In this document: positions 12,996 to 27,180 of the stretch, piece by piece
Layout of the letters: each line of letters opens with the position of its first letter
Numbering within the stretch: the first letter of the stretch is position 1
Assembly: GCF_006345805.1 (NCBI RefSeq)
Contig: NC_043005.1
Coordinates: 24,738,001 to 24,802,000 of the forward strand
Length of the DNA: 64,000 bases
Direction of reading: 5' to 3'
Source: Octopus sinensis
Lineage: Eukaryota
Notes under the pieces: model-generated
Told to the model about the DNA's origin: nothing
What the model saw: the letters and a program-made list of their open reading frames with translations, nothing else
Database searches by the model: none
Made by a program: the position numbers and the translations under genes

Positions 12996-13814
12996 GCCCG
13001 GGGCGGACAGCCCCTACCGTCCTACCTTACTACCCTAATGACTCCCAGTATTGCCAGCTATCGAGGGCAGACCAGCAACATTATTAAGAACTTGATCATT
13101 GTGGTCATTCAACATGCTAGAAATATCAGCTGCAATTTACTCAAATCTTAAAAGTAAAGAAGAATAAAATTATGGATTACCGTATTTTAACGTGTATAAG
13201 GAACTCTTTTTTTTTTTGTCAGAATTTAGGTTAAAAAAATATAGGAGTTTCTTACAAATGGATAGTATTATAATCTCTTACAAAACCTTTTTCCCATATT
13301 TTAAGCCCCTCAAATTAGGGGGAGGGGTTCCTTATACACGAGGGTTTCTGATACACATTGAAGTACAGCAATAAAGTCCTTCATATAGCCCCCCACACAC
13401 ACATACATACATACAAAAAGACGGCTGGATGACGGCAGGAAAGCCAAACTCACAAATGTTCTGTTTTAACAAATATGGACGTTATACCCGCCATCCTTCA
13501 TGATTATTGGCTTTAAATCTTGCCACAACGCCAGCGATTTCGGGTAAGGGGTCAAGTCAATTACATCGATCCTAGTGCACATCGGGTACTTATTTTATCG
13601 ACCCCACAAGAATGAAAGGCAAAGTGGACCTCGGTGAAATTTGAACTCAGAACGTAAAGACGGATGAAATGCCGCTAAGCATTTTGCCCGGCGTGCTAAC
13701 GATTCTGCTAGCTCGCCTTCTTTTCTTTTCCCATGATTTTTAACAACGTAAATCATTTCTTTCGCTTCCTCCTAGCAAGGAATGGAAACCGTTACGCAGT
13801 TTGTAAATTAGTTC

Positions 13815-13956
13815 ATTCATTACCCAGGTGACCTCATCGTATCACCCATCACTTGTTATGCACTCATAAATTAGTTTGATAGTTGAGCTCTGATTGGCTG
13901 TATGCAAATGATTCATAACCAGGGTCCGGAACTCTTGCGGGAAAAAAAATTTGCGC
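13815..13956 (-). mobile_element. MITE family D, partial copy (one end)
   Basis: Reverse complement of the first ~140 bp of the other D copies. Confidence 0.75.
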
Positions 13957-15552
13957 GACGGACAGGATTTAAACAAATAACATAAAGTAGCCGCAAAGTA
14001 TTTTGTTAGATGCTCAAGCCAACTGACCGATATTTCACGACGAAGAAGTATCCTCTTTGTAATTCATTTGTATTTTCTTTTTCAGATTGTTACGTATTTC
14101 GATGGCTCCACCTATGTTGCCGACTCACCGCTATACCATCGTGATGTAACAATGCAGTCTCTTTATTCTTTGTATTTTCTTGTGCATTCTGTTACGTATT
14201 TCGTTGATTAAGGTCACAACAGCATTAGATTATGGATTTATTAATCTCATTAAAAAAGGAACGCTATAATTATCGAAGAGGTATTAAATCGTTAAGCATT
14301 CACTTTTAAGCTGTTGTTTTATGCAACAAAGCTGGGGTTGAGTTAATTCATACTTAATTTATAAAATATAATTATCTCAAAACTGATAATGCACAACGAT
14401 AAAAACTGTCATCAATTTTTTAAAAACAGGAACATGGGTTTACAATCAATGACATTGTCTTAAGATTATGTTGTTAAAGCAACTAACTGACCGACCGCGA
14501 TGGCTGTATTATGTGGTTGTCGACGACTGTGGAAAAAAAAACTGTCTCAACGAAATACAATCTATCTTTATGAAATGTTTGAATAAAGCATGTTGTTCCT
14601 TTAATTCAAAACAATTTTATAGCAGCTGAAAACTTTTCATAAAAGCAGATGGAAGCGATTTATCGACTTCACAACAACGTGGTTTAAATTTGAATGTAAA
14701 AACAGTGAAAATGTCACCGCGACTCTGACCAAAATAGGAATTGCTTTACTCTTTTTTCTTTTTTTTTATTTGTGATACAGAACCAAATATTGCTGCACAA
14801 CCAACATGTGCCAAAAATTATCGTTGAATTGTTTCTTCGGTATGAGTCAAATAAAAAGAAAAAACAATAGATGAGAGAGAAAAACTTCACCACTATGTGG
14901 GTACAAAAACACGATTTATAAGTTTGCAATAACTTTTCTACTATAGGCACAAGGCCTGAAAATTAGGAAATAGTCAATTTCAGCGAATCCAGTGTCTTAC
15001 TGGTACATAATTTATCGACCCCGAAAGAATGAAAGGTAAAGTCAACCTAAGCGGAATTTGAACTCAGAACGTAGCGACGGGCGAAATACCACTAAGCATT
15101 TCGTCCAGCATGCTAACGATTCTGCCAACTCGCAGCCTTATATAAGTTTGAAATAACGATTCTATTTTGATAAACCTGTACTTATTATTATAGGTATACG
15201 TGGCGACGCGCTGGCACACTTGTTAGCATGCCGGGCAAACTACTTAACGACATTTCACCTGTCTTTTAGGTTCTGAGTTCAAATGCCACCGAGGTCGACT
15301 TTGTCATTTATCCTTTCGTGGTCAATAAAATAAGTAGCAGTCGAGTACTGGGGTCGATGTAACCGACTTTACCCCTCACCCAAAATTGCTGGCCTTGTGC
15401 CAAAATTTGAAAGCAGTTTATTTTTGTTGATGAAAACAATAATGTAACCATGGTGAATGATCCCGATTATCACTGCCCTGGTTTGGCAGTGGGTCAGCAT
15501 TGCATGGCAACTTTAAGCACGAACCCTGAAGTAAAAGTGCTTTTGATAGACT

Positions 15553-15860
15553 AATCGATTATATCGACCCCAGTGTTTCACTGGTACTTAATTTATCGAC
15601 CCCAAAAAGATGAAAGCAAAGTCGACCTCGGCGGAATTTGAACTCAGAACGTAGCGGCAGACGAAATACCTATTTCTTTACTACCCACAAGGGGCTAAAC
15701 ATAAACAGGACAAACAAGGACAGATAAACGGATTAAGTCGATTACATCGACCCCAGTACTTAATTTATCAACCCCGAAAGGATGAAAGGCAAAGTCGACC
15801 TCGGCGGAATTTGAACTCAGAACGTAGCGGCAGGCGAAATACCGTTAAGCATTTCGCACT
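15553..15860 (-). mobile_element. SINE A dimer
   Basis: Junction at 15670/15671. Confidence 0.85.
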
Positions 15861-15925
15861 ACAAAATATAATGATCTTATTGTCGTGATTTGTCAGTCAT
15901 TTTTTTAAAAAATCAATTCGAGTTA

Positions 15926-17201
15926 CGAGGGGCGTTCAATAAGTAATGCCCCTGACCCACTTCCCATAGCAGTAGAGCAACGAAACTTGGCACAGTTATT
16001 AGGCTTTTTCTACATAGGAACCACCCAGAGTTACGCATTTCTCCCATCGTTTGATGCAGCTCTGGAGACCGTTTTTGTAGAAGACCCCAGCTTGGTCCTC
16101 CAACCACGACGTGACTTCAGAAATCAAGGCTGCATCATCTGGGAAACGCTTTCCTTTCAAAAACAACTTCATGGCTGGGAAGATGTGAAAATCAGAGGGT
16201 ACAAGGTCAGGAGAGTAGGTAGGATGGGGGAGGAGTTCATAGCTGTACCCCTGTGCTTCTGATCTGGCGACAGGCGAGTTGTAGACCGGAGCGTTGTCCT
16301 GCAGGAGGAGGATGCCTTTGCTGATCTTGCCCCGTCTCTTGATTTTCATAGCTTCTTTTAATTTCTTCAAAAAATGAAGCATAATAGGCTCCTTTAATTG
16401 TGGTACCCTTTGCCAGGAAATCTGTCATCACTACTCCGTCCTGGTCCTAGAAGACTGTGAGCATGACCTTGCCAACGGAGGGCTGCACCCTTGCTTTCTT
16501 TGGAGGAGGTGCATTGACTGGGCTTTGGTCTCTGGATCATAGTGATGGACCCAGGTTTCATCCTGTGTAATCAGTCTTTTGAAAAATTTTGACTCATCTT
16601 CTTAGCACATCTCCAAATTCATCCTCGAGCACTCGACGCGTTGTTGCTTCTGGAAATGTGTGAGCAACCTGGGAATCCATCTGGCAGACACCTTTTGCAT
16701 ATGCAAATGGTCATGAATGATAGTTTCCACAGACCCAGTACTAATCTTGACCTCATGGGCTATTTGGCGAATAGTTATGCGTCGATCTTCCAAAATGGCA
16801 GCCTCAACTTGACGGACTGATGCCTCATCAATGGCAGAAGTGGGGGTGACCAGATCTGGGAGCTGTTTCCACAGAGTTCCGACCATGTTTAAATTCACGA
16901 TGCCAGCATTTTACAAGGTCATATGATGGGGCATCATCACCATAAGTTACTTTCATTTCATCAAAAGTCTCTCGTGGTGTGCGTCCTTTCAAATACAAAA
17001 ACCGAATCACTGCTCGACACTGAACAGGCTCCATTTCACACTTGACTCAGTTCAAACACCTGTAAATCAGAAACCACAATTAGTTCAGAGCTGTAATTTG
17101 CCACTTAATCTATAGAGATATGAATAATTGGACATGCAAAATTTCAGTTAGATCAAACAACTGCAAGTGGGTCATGGGCATTACTTGTTGAACGTCCCTC
17201 G
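15926..17201 (-). mobile_element. Mariner (DD34D) DNA transposon, near full length, defective
   Basis: TIRs of about 33 bp (CGAGGGGCGTTCAATAAGTAATGCCCCTGACCC / ..CATTACTTGTTGAACGTCCCTCG), flanked by TA on both sides; 1276 bp. Confidence 0.95.
15999..17034 (-). pseudogene. Mariner transposase pseudogene (frameshifted)
   Basis: MEPVQCRAVIRF start; WIPRLL, TQDETWVHH, QDNAPVY and YSPDLVPSDF motifs with 34 residues between the second and third Asp; spread over several reading frames. Confidence 0.92.
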
Positions 17202-17520
17202 TATAGCAAGTATGGACATGGATGTGTTTAGAATGCATACGCAGAAATTTACGACTACTCTTCTCTTCCACACAGGTTGTGGTGAGAAAATTAGTACCCT
17301 TGACATCAAGTACCTTTGTAGTCAGCCCTGGTTGGAGTTCATCGATTCCCTGGTCCTAATGGGTTTCTGTGAACGGATTATTTGAAAAAGGAAAGAACTA
17401 ATTTTTTTAAATGAATGCTGAATCATGAGGGCTACAGAAATTCCACTTAAGAGCTTAATGCGTTTTACATCTGAATCTAAAGTCTCCGTTTCTCATTTGG
17501 AATAGGTTAAATATTATATG

Positions 17521-17705
17521 CACTAGCGTAGCTAGAGTGTGTACTGCCCGAGACGGCCCTTCCGTTTGTCACCCCGGACCCCACAGTAAACACATATCGC
17601 CTACAGCAGACCCCCGAAAGTGCCGGCCCTTTAAAAGTGTCAGCCCTTTAAAAGTGCCGCTCGGGGCGGAACGTCCATACCGCCACCTTCCTTGCTACGC
17701 TAGTG
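17521..17705. mobile_element. hAT-like MITE (family F)
   Basis: Perfect 12-bp TIR CACTAGCGTAGC; 8-bp TSD ATTATATG / ATTATGTG. Confidence 0.85.
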
Positions 17706-18821
17706 ATTATGTGTATGATCGGCAAATAGCGTCTGATGTGAACGTCACCGTGTATGACATATTCTGATTTGACACCCATGCAGAAGATTCACTTACTATA
17801 AAGACTATCTTCTAAAACATATAAATGCGTGTCAGGTATCAGGCAGGAGTATTTTGCTACTGGATGGATCAGATCACAGAACCTCCACCCCCAATTGAAA
17901 TGGGATGAACATTTGAGGTCTAGAAATCGCCAAATTAATTGGTGTGACCTCCCACCAGCTCCAGCTGACACCCTTAGACTCAACATCTGCAATTTCAGGA
18001 AAGGTAATTGCAGATATTGACCAAACTAGGAAGCATAAACATGCTCACAAACAAAATACTCTGAAGAAACTAGGATGCAATGCTTAGAATTATGTAAAGT
18101 CTAAGAACATGGTTAATGAAACTGTTGTATCTAATGATGAAGGCTGAAAACCATATAGCTTTTTTAAAAAAAACCTTTTTACAGCATTTAAATGCAAAAA
18201 CTAAAATAATGCCCCACTGGAAACAAGAGATGATTAAAAAGACACTAAATGGTCAAAGTGACCGTTTGAGCTGTTGTCTATAGACAATGATGGAATTAAC
18301 AAACGTTTTCACGCTAAATATTTTCAAACGTTACATACACACACACACACACAACACATCATACATATACATGCCACTTATTCTTTTCTACTCTAGGCAC
18401 GAGGCCGGAAATTTTGGAGGATGGGCCAGTCGATTAGATCGACTCCAGTACGCAACTGATACTTAATTTATCGACCCCGAAAGGATAACAGGTAAAGTCG
18501 ACCTCGGCGGAATTTGAACTCAGAACGTGAAGGCAGACGAAATACCGCTAAGTATTTCGCCCGGCGTGCTAACGTTTCTGCCAGCTCGCCGCCTTAGAGT
18601 AGAAAAGAATATTATAAACACAATAAAAATATTTGTGGATATTGAAGAATTGGTAAACAAAATATATTTTCTTATGTAAAATTTGTTTATTTTTGGGCGT
18701 TCACAAAAATAGATAATTGAATATCTACGGTTTCAGTATCTTATTTGCAGTATCTTATTGCAGAAGTATCACATGCAGCATCTTATTGCAGAAGAATCAC
18801 ATAGATTGGGTAGGTATGTGG

Positions 18822-18993
18822 CAGGGTCGGCCCTAGGGTTGCAGGCGTCTTGGGCAAGCTAAACTTCAGCGTATACAAGCTGATGGTCGTGGAAATTTCC
18901 TTGTCTTTGTCACGCCCTCCTAGGTGCCCCCTAACACTTGGTGCCCCGGCCGACTGCCCGAGTTGCCGGTACCTGGTCAGTCGTATGCCAGAC
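18822..18993. mobile_element. hAT-like MITE remnant
   Basis: CAGGGTCGGCCCTAGG start and GC-rich GTGCCCC motifs; right TIR decayed. Confidence 0.35.
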
Positions 18994-19808
18994 CACAGCA
19001 GCTTTTCCATGGCGAATTCTGTCAAGTGAAGCGTTCTTTTAGTGGGGAATAAAAGCGGGTCACGGGCGGTCTAGGAGCCTTTAAAAGGCTTCAATACTGT
19101 GGTTGACTAATGGAAGCTGTTTATTCAAAACTAACCAACAGGTGTAAGCGCAGGAGTGATGAATGTTAAGAAGTTCGCTTCCCAATCACATGGTTCCATG
19201 TTCAGTCCCGCTGCTTGGCACCTTGGATAAATGTCTTCTACTATAGACCCGGGCCAACCAAAGCCTTGAGAGTGGATTTGACAGACAGAAACTGAAAGAA
19301 GCCCGTCGTATTTATTGATGTGTATGTGCTTGTGTTTCTCTTACCACGTTTGACAACTGATGTGGATTTGTTTATGTCCCCGTAACTTAGAAGTTAGGCA
19401 AAAGAGACCGACAGAATAATTACCAGGCTTAAAAATTAAGTCCTGGGCTCGATTTGATCGACTAAACTCATCAAGGCGGTGTTCCAGCATGGCCGCAGTT
19501 CAATGATTGGAACAATTAAAAGATAAAAGAACGGTAAAAGATTTATAAACGATCAAAGTCATTTTGTTCGGCACCATTCCATCCTTTGTGGTGTACCATT
19601 GAACATTATTATGCCTTTGCCTTTCTTACGATGGTAAGCAGTTACTTGAGGGTGGTTTGGCTGCTACTTCTAGCATGTAGAATGACACAGAAGTTCCCCT
19701 ATTTGGTTTGTAAATGGGCGAGTGTATCAGAAGGCACATCCTCTGATATCTTTATGCTGACATCATTGTCGTCGTCGTCGTTGTCATCATCCTCATCGTC
19801 ATCGTTGG

Positions 19809-19843
<35 letters not shown>

Positions 19844-20575
19844 GTAGTATTATCAGCGGCAGCAGCAATATCACAATACCACCACCACCACCACCATCAC
19901 CACCACCACCACCACCACCACCACCACCACACCACCACCACCAACAACAACAACAACAACAGCAACAACAATAACTTACTTGTAGGTGTTTCTATGTAGG
20001 TCATTGTAACATTACACGTGATCTTCCATGGCAGTTGATTCACCCTTGTCCTTTTACTGATCAAGCCGACCTTTTAAATATCCGAAGGTCAACACAGATA
20101 TTTTTTTAACGAATAATTCAAATATATATATTTTTTTTTTAATGAGAGAAAATTATTTTAATTCTGTAAAAAAAACAAAAAACTATAGAAAATCTGTTTT
20201 AAATGTAAAAAACAAATAAGAAAATTGTGAAAACTTAACCACTGACCGCATATAATCGTATAAGAATTGCCAAAAATATATGTATGATAGGTCAAGTGTC
20301 ATATGAATGAATGATATGTTAACCGCTTCTCCGCCATACATATACACCCACTTAATTTGCCTGGAAGTCACGTAAAACAGGTCGTTTAAGGACATGAGTG
20401 ATATTATAAAAGCTATTTAATTATACTTATTTTTGTTAGTCTTATATTAACGGACAGTGTCATCGACTGAGAGAGTGAAGGAGAAAGAGGACAGGATGGG
20501 CGAAAGAAAGAGAATGAAAAAAGAATGAGAAAGTAAATGAGTGAAAGAGTAAGTAAGAGAGTGGTGGTATATATA

Positions 20576-20849
20576 TTATACTACATTACGTAACATTCTA
20601 TGCGTGTATATATATATATGCGTGTGTGTGTGTATGTATGTATTTACATATACACATTCACACACACACAATCCCACCACACAAATCTTCAGGAAAAGAA
20701 AATAACGAGAGAAATAAAAATCAGATGAGTAGAATATGTATGTGTGTGTGTGTATTATGTGTGTGTGTATGTATATATATATATATATCATGTATGCATG
20801 TATGTATATATATATATATGTATGTATTATGTATATATATATGTATATA

Positions 20850-20897
<48 letters not shown>

Positions 20898-20919
20898 TAT
20901 ATACATATATATACATAAA

Positions 20920-20950
<31 letters not shown>

Positions 20951-21179
20951 CATACATGCATACATAATATAAATAAATACATATATATATATTCATATAT
21001 GCATATATATACATAATACATACATATATATATGCATACATAATATATATATATATATACATACATACATAATATAAATAAATACATATATATATATATA
21101 TTCATATATACATATATATACATAATACATACATATATATATATGCATACATAATATATATGTATATATATATATATAT

Positions 21180-21220
<41 letters not shown>

Positions 21221-21463
21221 GAATATATATACATATATATATATGTATACATATATTCATATATACATAATATATATATATATATATATAATATACATAC
21301 ATACATGCATACATTCATACAATAAATAAATACATATATATATATACATAATACATACGTACATATATATATATATACATACATGCATACATTCATGCAA
21401 TATATAAATACATATATATATATACATTCATATATACATATATATATACATAATACATACGTA

Positions 21464-21508
<45 letters not shown>

Positions 21509-21520
21509 ATATATATATAC

Positions 21521-21568
<48 letters not shown>

Positions 21569-21640
21569 GAGAGAGAGAGAGAGAAACACACGCATACACA
21601 CACATATACAGACAGACACACACACACATATATACAAAGA
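20576..21640. repeat. ~1 kb complex (TA)n/(TACA)n microsatellite field
   Basis: Direct inspection. Confidence 0.95.
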
Positions 21641-22639
21641 GGGAGAGGGAGAGAGACAGGAGAGAGAGTACGGACCAAACATTTTAGACTACTTAAAAAT
21701 AAAAGACTACCTCAAAGAAATTATTTATAATTTGGGCGTCACTTAAAAATGTATTTGACAAATATATTTGAGATACAGTAATGTAAACATCTGTAAGTTG
21801 TCTTCCATGTTAGTTGTTACTGTTGTTGTTGTTCCCATTAATGATGTTAGCTCAATGTCAACCATAACGCGTCAGACTGATGACGCGCAGGTAGTAGGTC
21901 AAAAGGCAAGACGAAATCAAAGAACTTGTGGTCTAGATATGCCATGCTGTCTATATATATATATAGTTGAGGTCCAGGACCAATGTCTCCATGAATATGA
22001 GGTGGCTCATTTATCGTATCTGATCTTTTGTACATAGAGACACATACTCTCTCTCTCTCTCTGTCCCTCTTTCTGTCACCTTCTGTGACACTCTCTTTCA
22101 ATCAATCAATCTCTCTCTCTTTCTCCATCCCCATTCTTTCTCTCCATATCCCATTTCTCTCTCCACCTTCCTCTCTCCCGTTTACATTTAAGCATGTAGC
22201 TTCCGGGGTATCTTTTTGAAAGTTTATTGACAGCCGTTGACACCGCTGCCATCCACACCACTGCCGCCGTCATCACCATCATTATCACTACCGCCATTGC
22301 TGCTTCAGCCGTCATCGCCGCCATCGCCGCCATCACGGTCGTTGCGGCCGTCACCGCCACCGTCGCCGCCGTCATCGCCGCTGCCATTACCACCGCCGCC
22401 ATAACCACCTCAGTTACCACAACCGCTGCAATCTCCGTCGCCATCTAGGGTATTATCAGCCGAAACGTTGTGTTAACAACAAACAAAATGAGAACAAAAT
22501 ATCAGTCAAATGTAAATAATGTAAATAATGTAATAATTCAGGTTCCAGCAGAGGAGAATAAAAGAATTAAATAAGAACGAAAACATTTCATATACTCTGT
22601 TGTCTTCGTCTGCCGATAAAGGCATTTTTTCAAAATACG

Positions 22640-22985
22640 CCAGCTAAACTTGTACTGTTTATTAGTCGTAAGACACCCGCTGTTTTTGTCCTGTTTTTAC
22701 CAGTATTGTTTTTTTGTATTTTATATTCGTGTGGCATCGTCCGTTTTTCTGTCCCTGTTTCGTATACATTCGATCCTTCTTCCAAGAAATCTAATGCTCG
22801 TAGATTAGTTTTTCCTTGGGGCTGGCCGGATCGGAGCGATCTCAAGATTAATCAGCCGAAATTGCTACGATGATCCGGTTCTTGACTGAAGATTGAAGGC
22901 TTCGAATGTCCCGTCCGTGTTTATTGTATCGTCTTCTAAATGTTTTACGTTCTTGTCCCAGTTTGTATTTTTCTACATAAAATAA
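22640..22985 (+). repeat. Interspersed repeat H (probable LINE 3' end), copy 1
   Basis: Similar to 38700-39028; both end in (TA)n. Confidence 0.6.
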
Positions 22986-23454
22986 TATATATATATATAT
23001 GTATATATATATATGTATAAATTAAAACGTGAAGATACAGACTGATAAATATAGATATATAAATTAAATACTGATAAATAAAACATAAGAAGCCACAATA
23101 TAATTCAAAAAGACGAAACATTAATGTAGTAAATAAAAAGAAAAAAAGGATAGTCTAGAGTATCAACGCTATAAGAGCCAAATTTTGTCTGTCCAGCTCC
23201 CGCAAGCGCTCCCTTGGACTGGAACGAATAATTGTCGAAATGGAACTCGCGAAGAAAGGAAGTGAAAGAGATCAACATTCGCTAGTGAGAAAGATAAGGA
23301 AAAGTGACGGAGAATGAGAAGACAAAAAAGAATTCAAGACTAAAACACGCAACCTAAACTCGAGGGTAACGTTTATACAACTGGATCATGCGTCCTCTTA
23401 CTATGTAACTAGTATCATTTAACTAAAAGCGCTCGTAGTAGTATTTATATTTCA

Positions 23455-23850
23455 AGGCGGCGAGCTGGTAGAAACGTTAGCACGCCGGGCGAAATGCTTA
23501 GTGGTATTTCCTCTGCCTTTACGTTCTGAGTTCAAATTCCGCCGAGGTCGACTTTGCCTTTCATCCTTTCGGGGTCGATTAAATAAGTACCAGTTACGCA
23601 CTGGGGTCGATATAATCGACTTAATCCGTTTGTCTGTCCTTGTTTGTCCCCTCTGTGTTTAGCCCCTTGTGGGTAGTAAAGAAATAGGTATTTCATCTGC
23701 CGTTAAGTTCTGAGTTCAAATTCCGACGAGGTCGACTTTGCCTTTCATCCTTTTGGCGTCGATAAATTAAATAGCAGTTACCTACTGGGACAATATAATC
23801 GACTGGTCCCCTCCCTCCAAAATTTCGGGCCTTGTGCTTCGAGTAGAAAA
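23455..23850 (+). mobile_element. SINE A dimer (head-unit-tail2-unit-tail1)
   Basis: Junction at 23686/23687; an older copy follows at about 23855-24050. Confidence 0.9.
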
Positions 23851-24401
23851 TAATCCTTAGCATGCCGGATAAAATGCTTAGCGGAATTTCTTGCAAATCT
23901 TTGCGTTCCAAGTTCAAATCCCGCCGCGGTCAACTTCGCTTTTAATCTTTTCGAGATCGATCAAATAAAGTACCAGTGAAGTACTGGAATCGGTGTAATC
24001 CACTAACACCCATCCACTAAAATTGCTGGCCTTGTGCCAACATTTGAAATAATATTGGTGTCAGTCTTACACTTTGAATCTGTAATATAACTGCAAACTT
24101 CAATTACTACATACACACACACACACACACATGAATATACACATATATATTCTCAGACACACACATCTGTACATATATGAATACACTGTAACAATTCCCC
24201 AGTACGACTGCGCCGATAATTCGCCACTTGTCAATAACCCTGTACTAATAAAACCCATTTAAATCGCAAATCAGAGAAACAAGTTTATTGTTTTCGAATA
24301 ACATGTTACGTTTCCGCTTTCTCAATTTGCATTATTGAGATTGGCAGTTGATCAAAGTTTTCAACATTAAACACACACACACACACTAATGTATGTGTAG
24401 G

Positions 24402-24476
<75 letters not shown>

Positions 24477-24662
24477 GTGTATGGAGGTTTTTTTCCACAT
24501 GCACACGTATGTTTACATATGGGTATATGTATGTGTATATATGCGTATATATATATATATATGCAACAGTAACACCCCCACCACCTGCCATATTCAGATG
24601 GCTTTAGTCCCTTATGTTATCGAGCAGTTACTGTCTATATCTCTTTTAGAGAATTATTATTG

Positions 24663-24697
<35 letters not shown>

Positions 24698-24698
<1 letters not shown>

Positions 24699-25578
24699 AG
24701 GGTGCGGTGAATAAACTGTCGTCTAAATTACGCAAATATGAAAATAACACTGACATCTCATTTTGACAGACATATTTACCAAAATTACATAAAAATATTT
24801 TGAAATACTAAACAGTAAATTTATTCAATAGAATCGCCATTGGCTCCAACCACGGCTTCCAGATGACTTCGGAATCTTCTGCAGCTCTTCTGGACGGTCT
24901 TCTTGTTTAAGTTGGTGAATGCTGCTGCAATCCTTGCCTTCAGTTCATCTTTGGTGCTACAAGGAGCTTTTTTGGTCTCTCACTCGACTGCACCCCATAC
25001 ATAATAATCAAGGGGCTAGTAGTCTGGGGAGTTAGGTGGTCAAATGTTAGGGGTGATGTGGTCGCAGAAATTGTCCGACAGCCATGACTGAGTTCTCCTG
25101 CTTGTGTGGCATGATGCAGAGCCTTGTTGCCAGACATAGGGTCTTCCAGCAGTCACCCTCTTGACCCAGGGCAATTCTACCTGCTCCAGGCACTTGATGT
25201 AGGCCTCTGTGTTGAGGCTGAAGCCGTTTGGGAAGATGAGTGGAGGCATAACGTCGTTATCGCAAGTGATCACTCCAAACACCATGATGCTGACTGGATG
25301 TTTGGGGGGGGGGGTTATCACTCTCAGTACATGTCCTCAGATCAATTACACAAACACACTGAAATCTTCGTATTGGAGCTTCCGCCGCGATAGCCAAGCA
25401 GTACAGCATGTCGTTTCCAAATCTCTGGCAGAGTGAATTACGTCATGGTGCTGTTTTTTCTCACAAACGGTGCCCAACTGAACCTACTATACAGTGTAGT
25501 CGACAAGATTAAAAACAAACATTGCGCATGCGTGAAGTTAAACGTATGAAATGGTACCAACTTGCCCATCGCACCCTG
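24698..25578 (-). mobile_element. DD37D (maT-like) Tc1/mariner element, internally deleted
   Basis: CAGGGTGCG(G/A)TG termini inside TA-rich microsatellites. Minus strand encodes KHPVSIMVFGV..WQQ(G)SASCH..PPNSPD..PLDYYVW with 37-residue spacing; N-terminal EIWKRHAVLLG joined directly to the catalytic region. Confidence 0.85.
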
Positions 25579-25650
25579 TATGTATGTATGTATGTATGTA
25601 TGTATGTATGTATGTATATACATGTATATATACTCACATATGTGTGTGTG

Positions 25651-25690
<40 letters not shown>

Positions 25691-25974
25691 TACATGCATA
25701 CGTGCTTACAAGCATATATACACATATAAGGCTCTCATTCAGAAGACAGGAGAGACCAGTCATACATTGAAGTAACATTACATTGGGATGTAGAGCCTAA
25801 TATTTCCATTATGATATATATGCCACACTGAGCGACCAATCTTTCTGTTCTCAACAATGTATTATCGAATATTTATGAATATCGATTCCGACTTCAATTG
25901 TGCATGTAACAGAAAGTTGCCGGAACCACCGTAGCGCATTTAACATTTTATGTATACATACATACATATATATA

Positions 25975-27180
25975 AAGGGTGCGTAAGGTATTTGAGGACA
26001 TACCTTTTTGGGGTCATTGCTTCATTTTTGCTCACTCTGTAAATAATAATGCTAAGAAATAATAATGCCAGACCGTCATCTTTCTCAAGAAACGAAGAGG
26101 CATGCTGTTATTGTGGTTATAAAGGCTGAGCATAGCGATTTAGAAATATCTCGATTTTTAAAAGTTGCCAAATCTTTCGTCTACAAAGATTGTAAGAAAC
26201 TAGATATTGAAGATGGCAACGTATCACCAGTATCAAAGCATTAAAATCATTCTAAACGCTCTGAAATCATCAGAACACCTGAATTTATCCAGTAAGTTCA
26301 ACAGACCATTGATTACAATTCCAGAAAGTCCATGAGGTCAGTTGCAAAAGATCTCCATGTGTCAGAAGAAACAGTCAGAAATGTTGTCCACAAAGACATC
26401 GGATATAATTCTTATATGATGAGGAAAGGTCAATTTGTCAGAAAAAGAAAAAAAAATTACTACATAAGATCTAAAAAGGTTCTTAAACAAACGGAAACAT
26501 CCAGAAGAAATGGAAGATGGTTATGTGCAGACCCTTATGAAGTTCCAAGCGTTACGCATACAAAATTTCCTGCAACTATCATGGTTTTAGGGGTTGTCAG
26601 CAATGAAGGACATATGATGCTTCCTTACTTCTTTCCACATGGCTTTAGAGTTAACTCTACCCCCTGCACTGAGGTCCTGGAAACAATTGTTAATCCCTGG
26701 ATAGACAGTGTATGCTATGGAAGGGCAAGCTGGCAGAAACGTTAGCACGCCGGGCGAAATGCGTAGCCGTATTTCGTCTGCCGTTACGTTCTGAGTTCAA
26801 ATTCCGCCGAGGTCGACTTTGCCTTTCATTCTTTCGGGATCGATTAAATAAGTACCAGTTACGCACTGGGGGATCGATGTAATCGACTTAATCCGTTCGT
26901 CTGTCCTTGTTTGTCCCCTCTATGTTTAGCCCCTTGTGGGTAATAAAGAAACATATGTTTCAGTAAGACTCTGCACTATCACACATGGCTCTAGTAACAC
27001 AAGAATGGATGAATGAAAATTCATGCTCGAATCAAGTAGTCCTGGTTCATTTTGGGCATTACTCTGACTATGGCAGCTTTCAAAGAATCTTTGGTGTTAC
27101 GGGCATCTTCATTGACCTCTCTCAACAATGCTCCACATGTAATAGTCCAATGAATTGAGATCTGGGGAATTAGGAGGCCT
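25975..27180 (+). mobile_element. Second DD37D element, interrupted by a SINE and with an inverted C-terminal block
   Basis: TA-AAGGGTGCG terminus; KRHAVIV, MRSVAKDLHVSEETVR, HTKFPATIMVLGVVSNEG on +; SINE A at about 26723-26950; PPNSPDLNSLDYYMW..LIRA on - at 27022-27180. Confidence 0.85.

Noticed and set aside
14087-14143. Possible exon after TTTTCTTTTTCAG reading IVTYFDGSTYVADSPLYHRD
   Set aside because: Donor is weak, no recognisable homology, and part of the sequence is locally duplicated; cannot be supported without RNA data.
22227-22448. Ala/Thr/Ile-rich ORF in a GC-rich tract
   Set aside because: Cryptic (GCC/ACC/ATC)n simple repeat, open in several frames by composition, with no splice signals identified.
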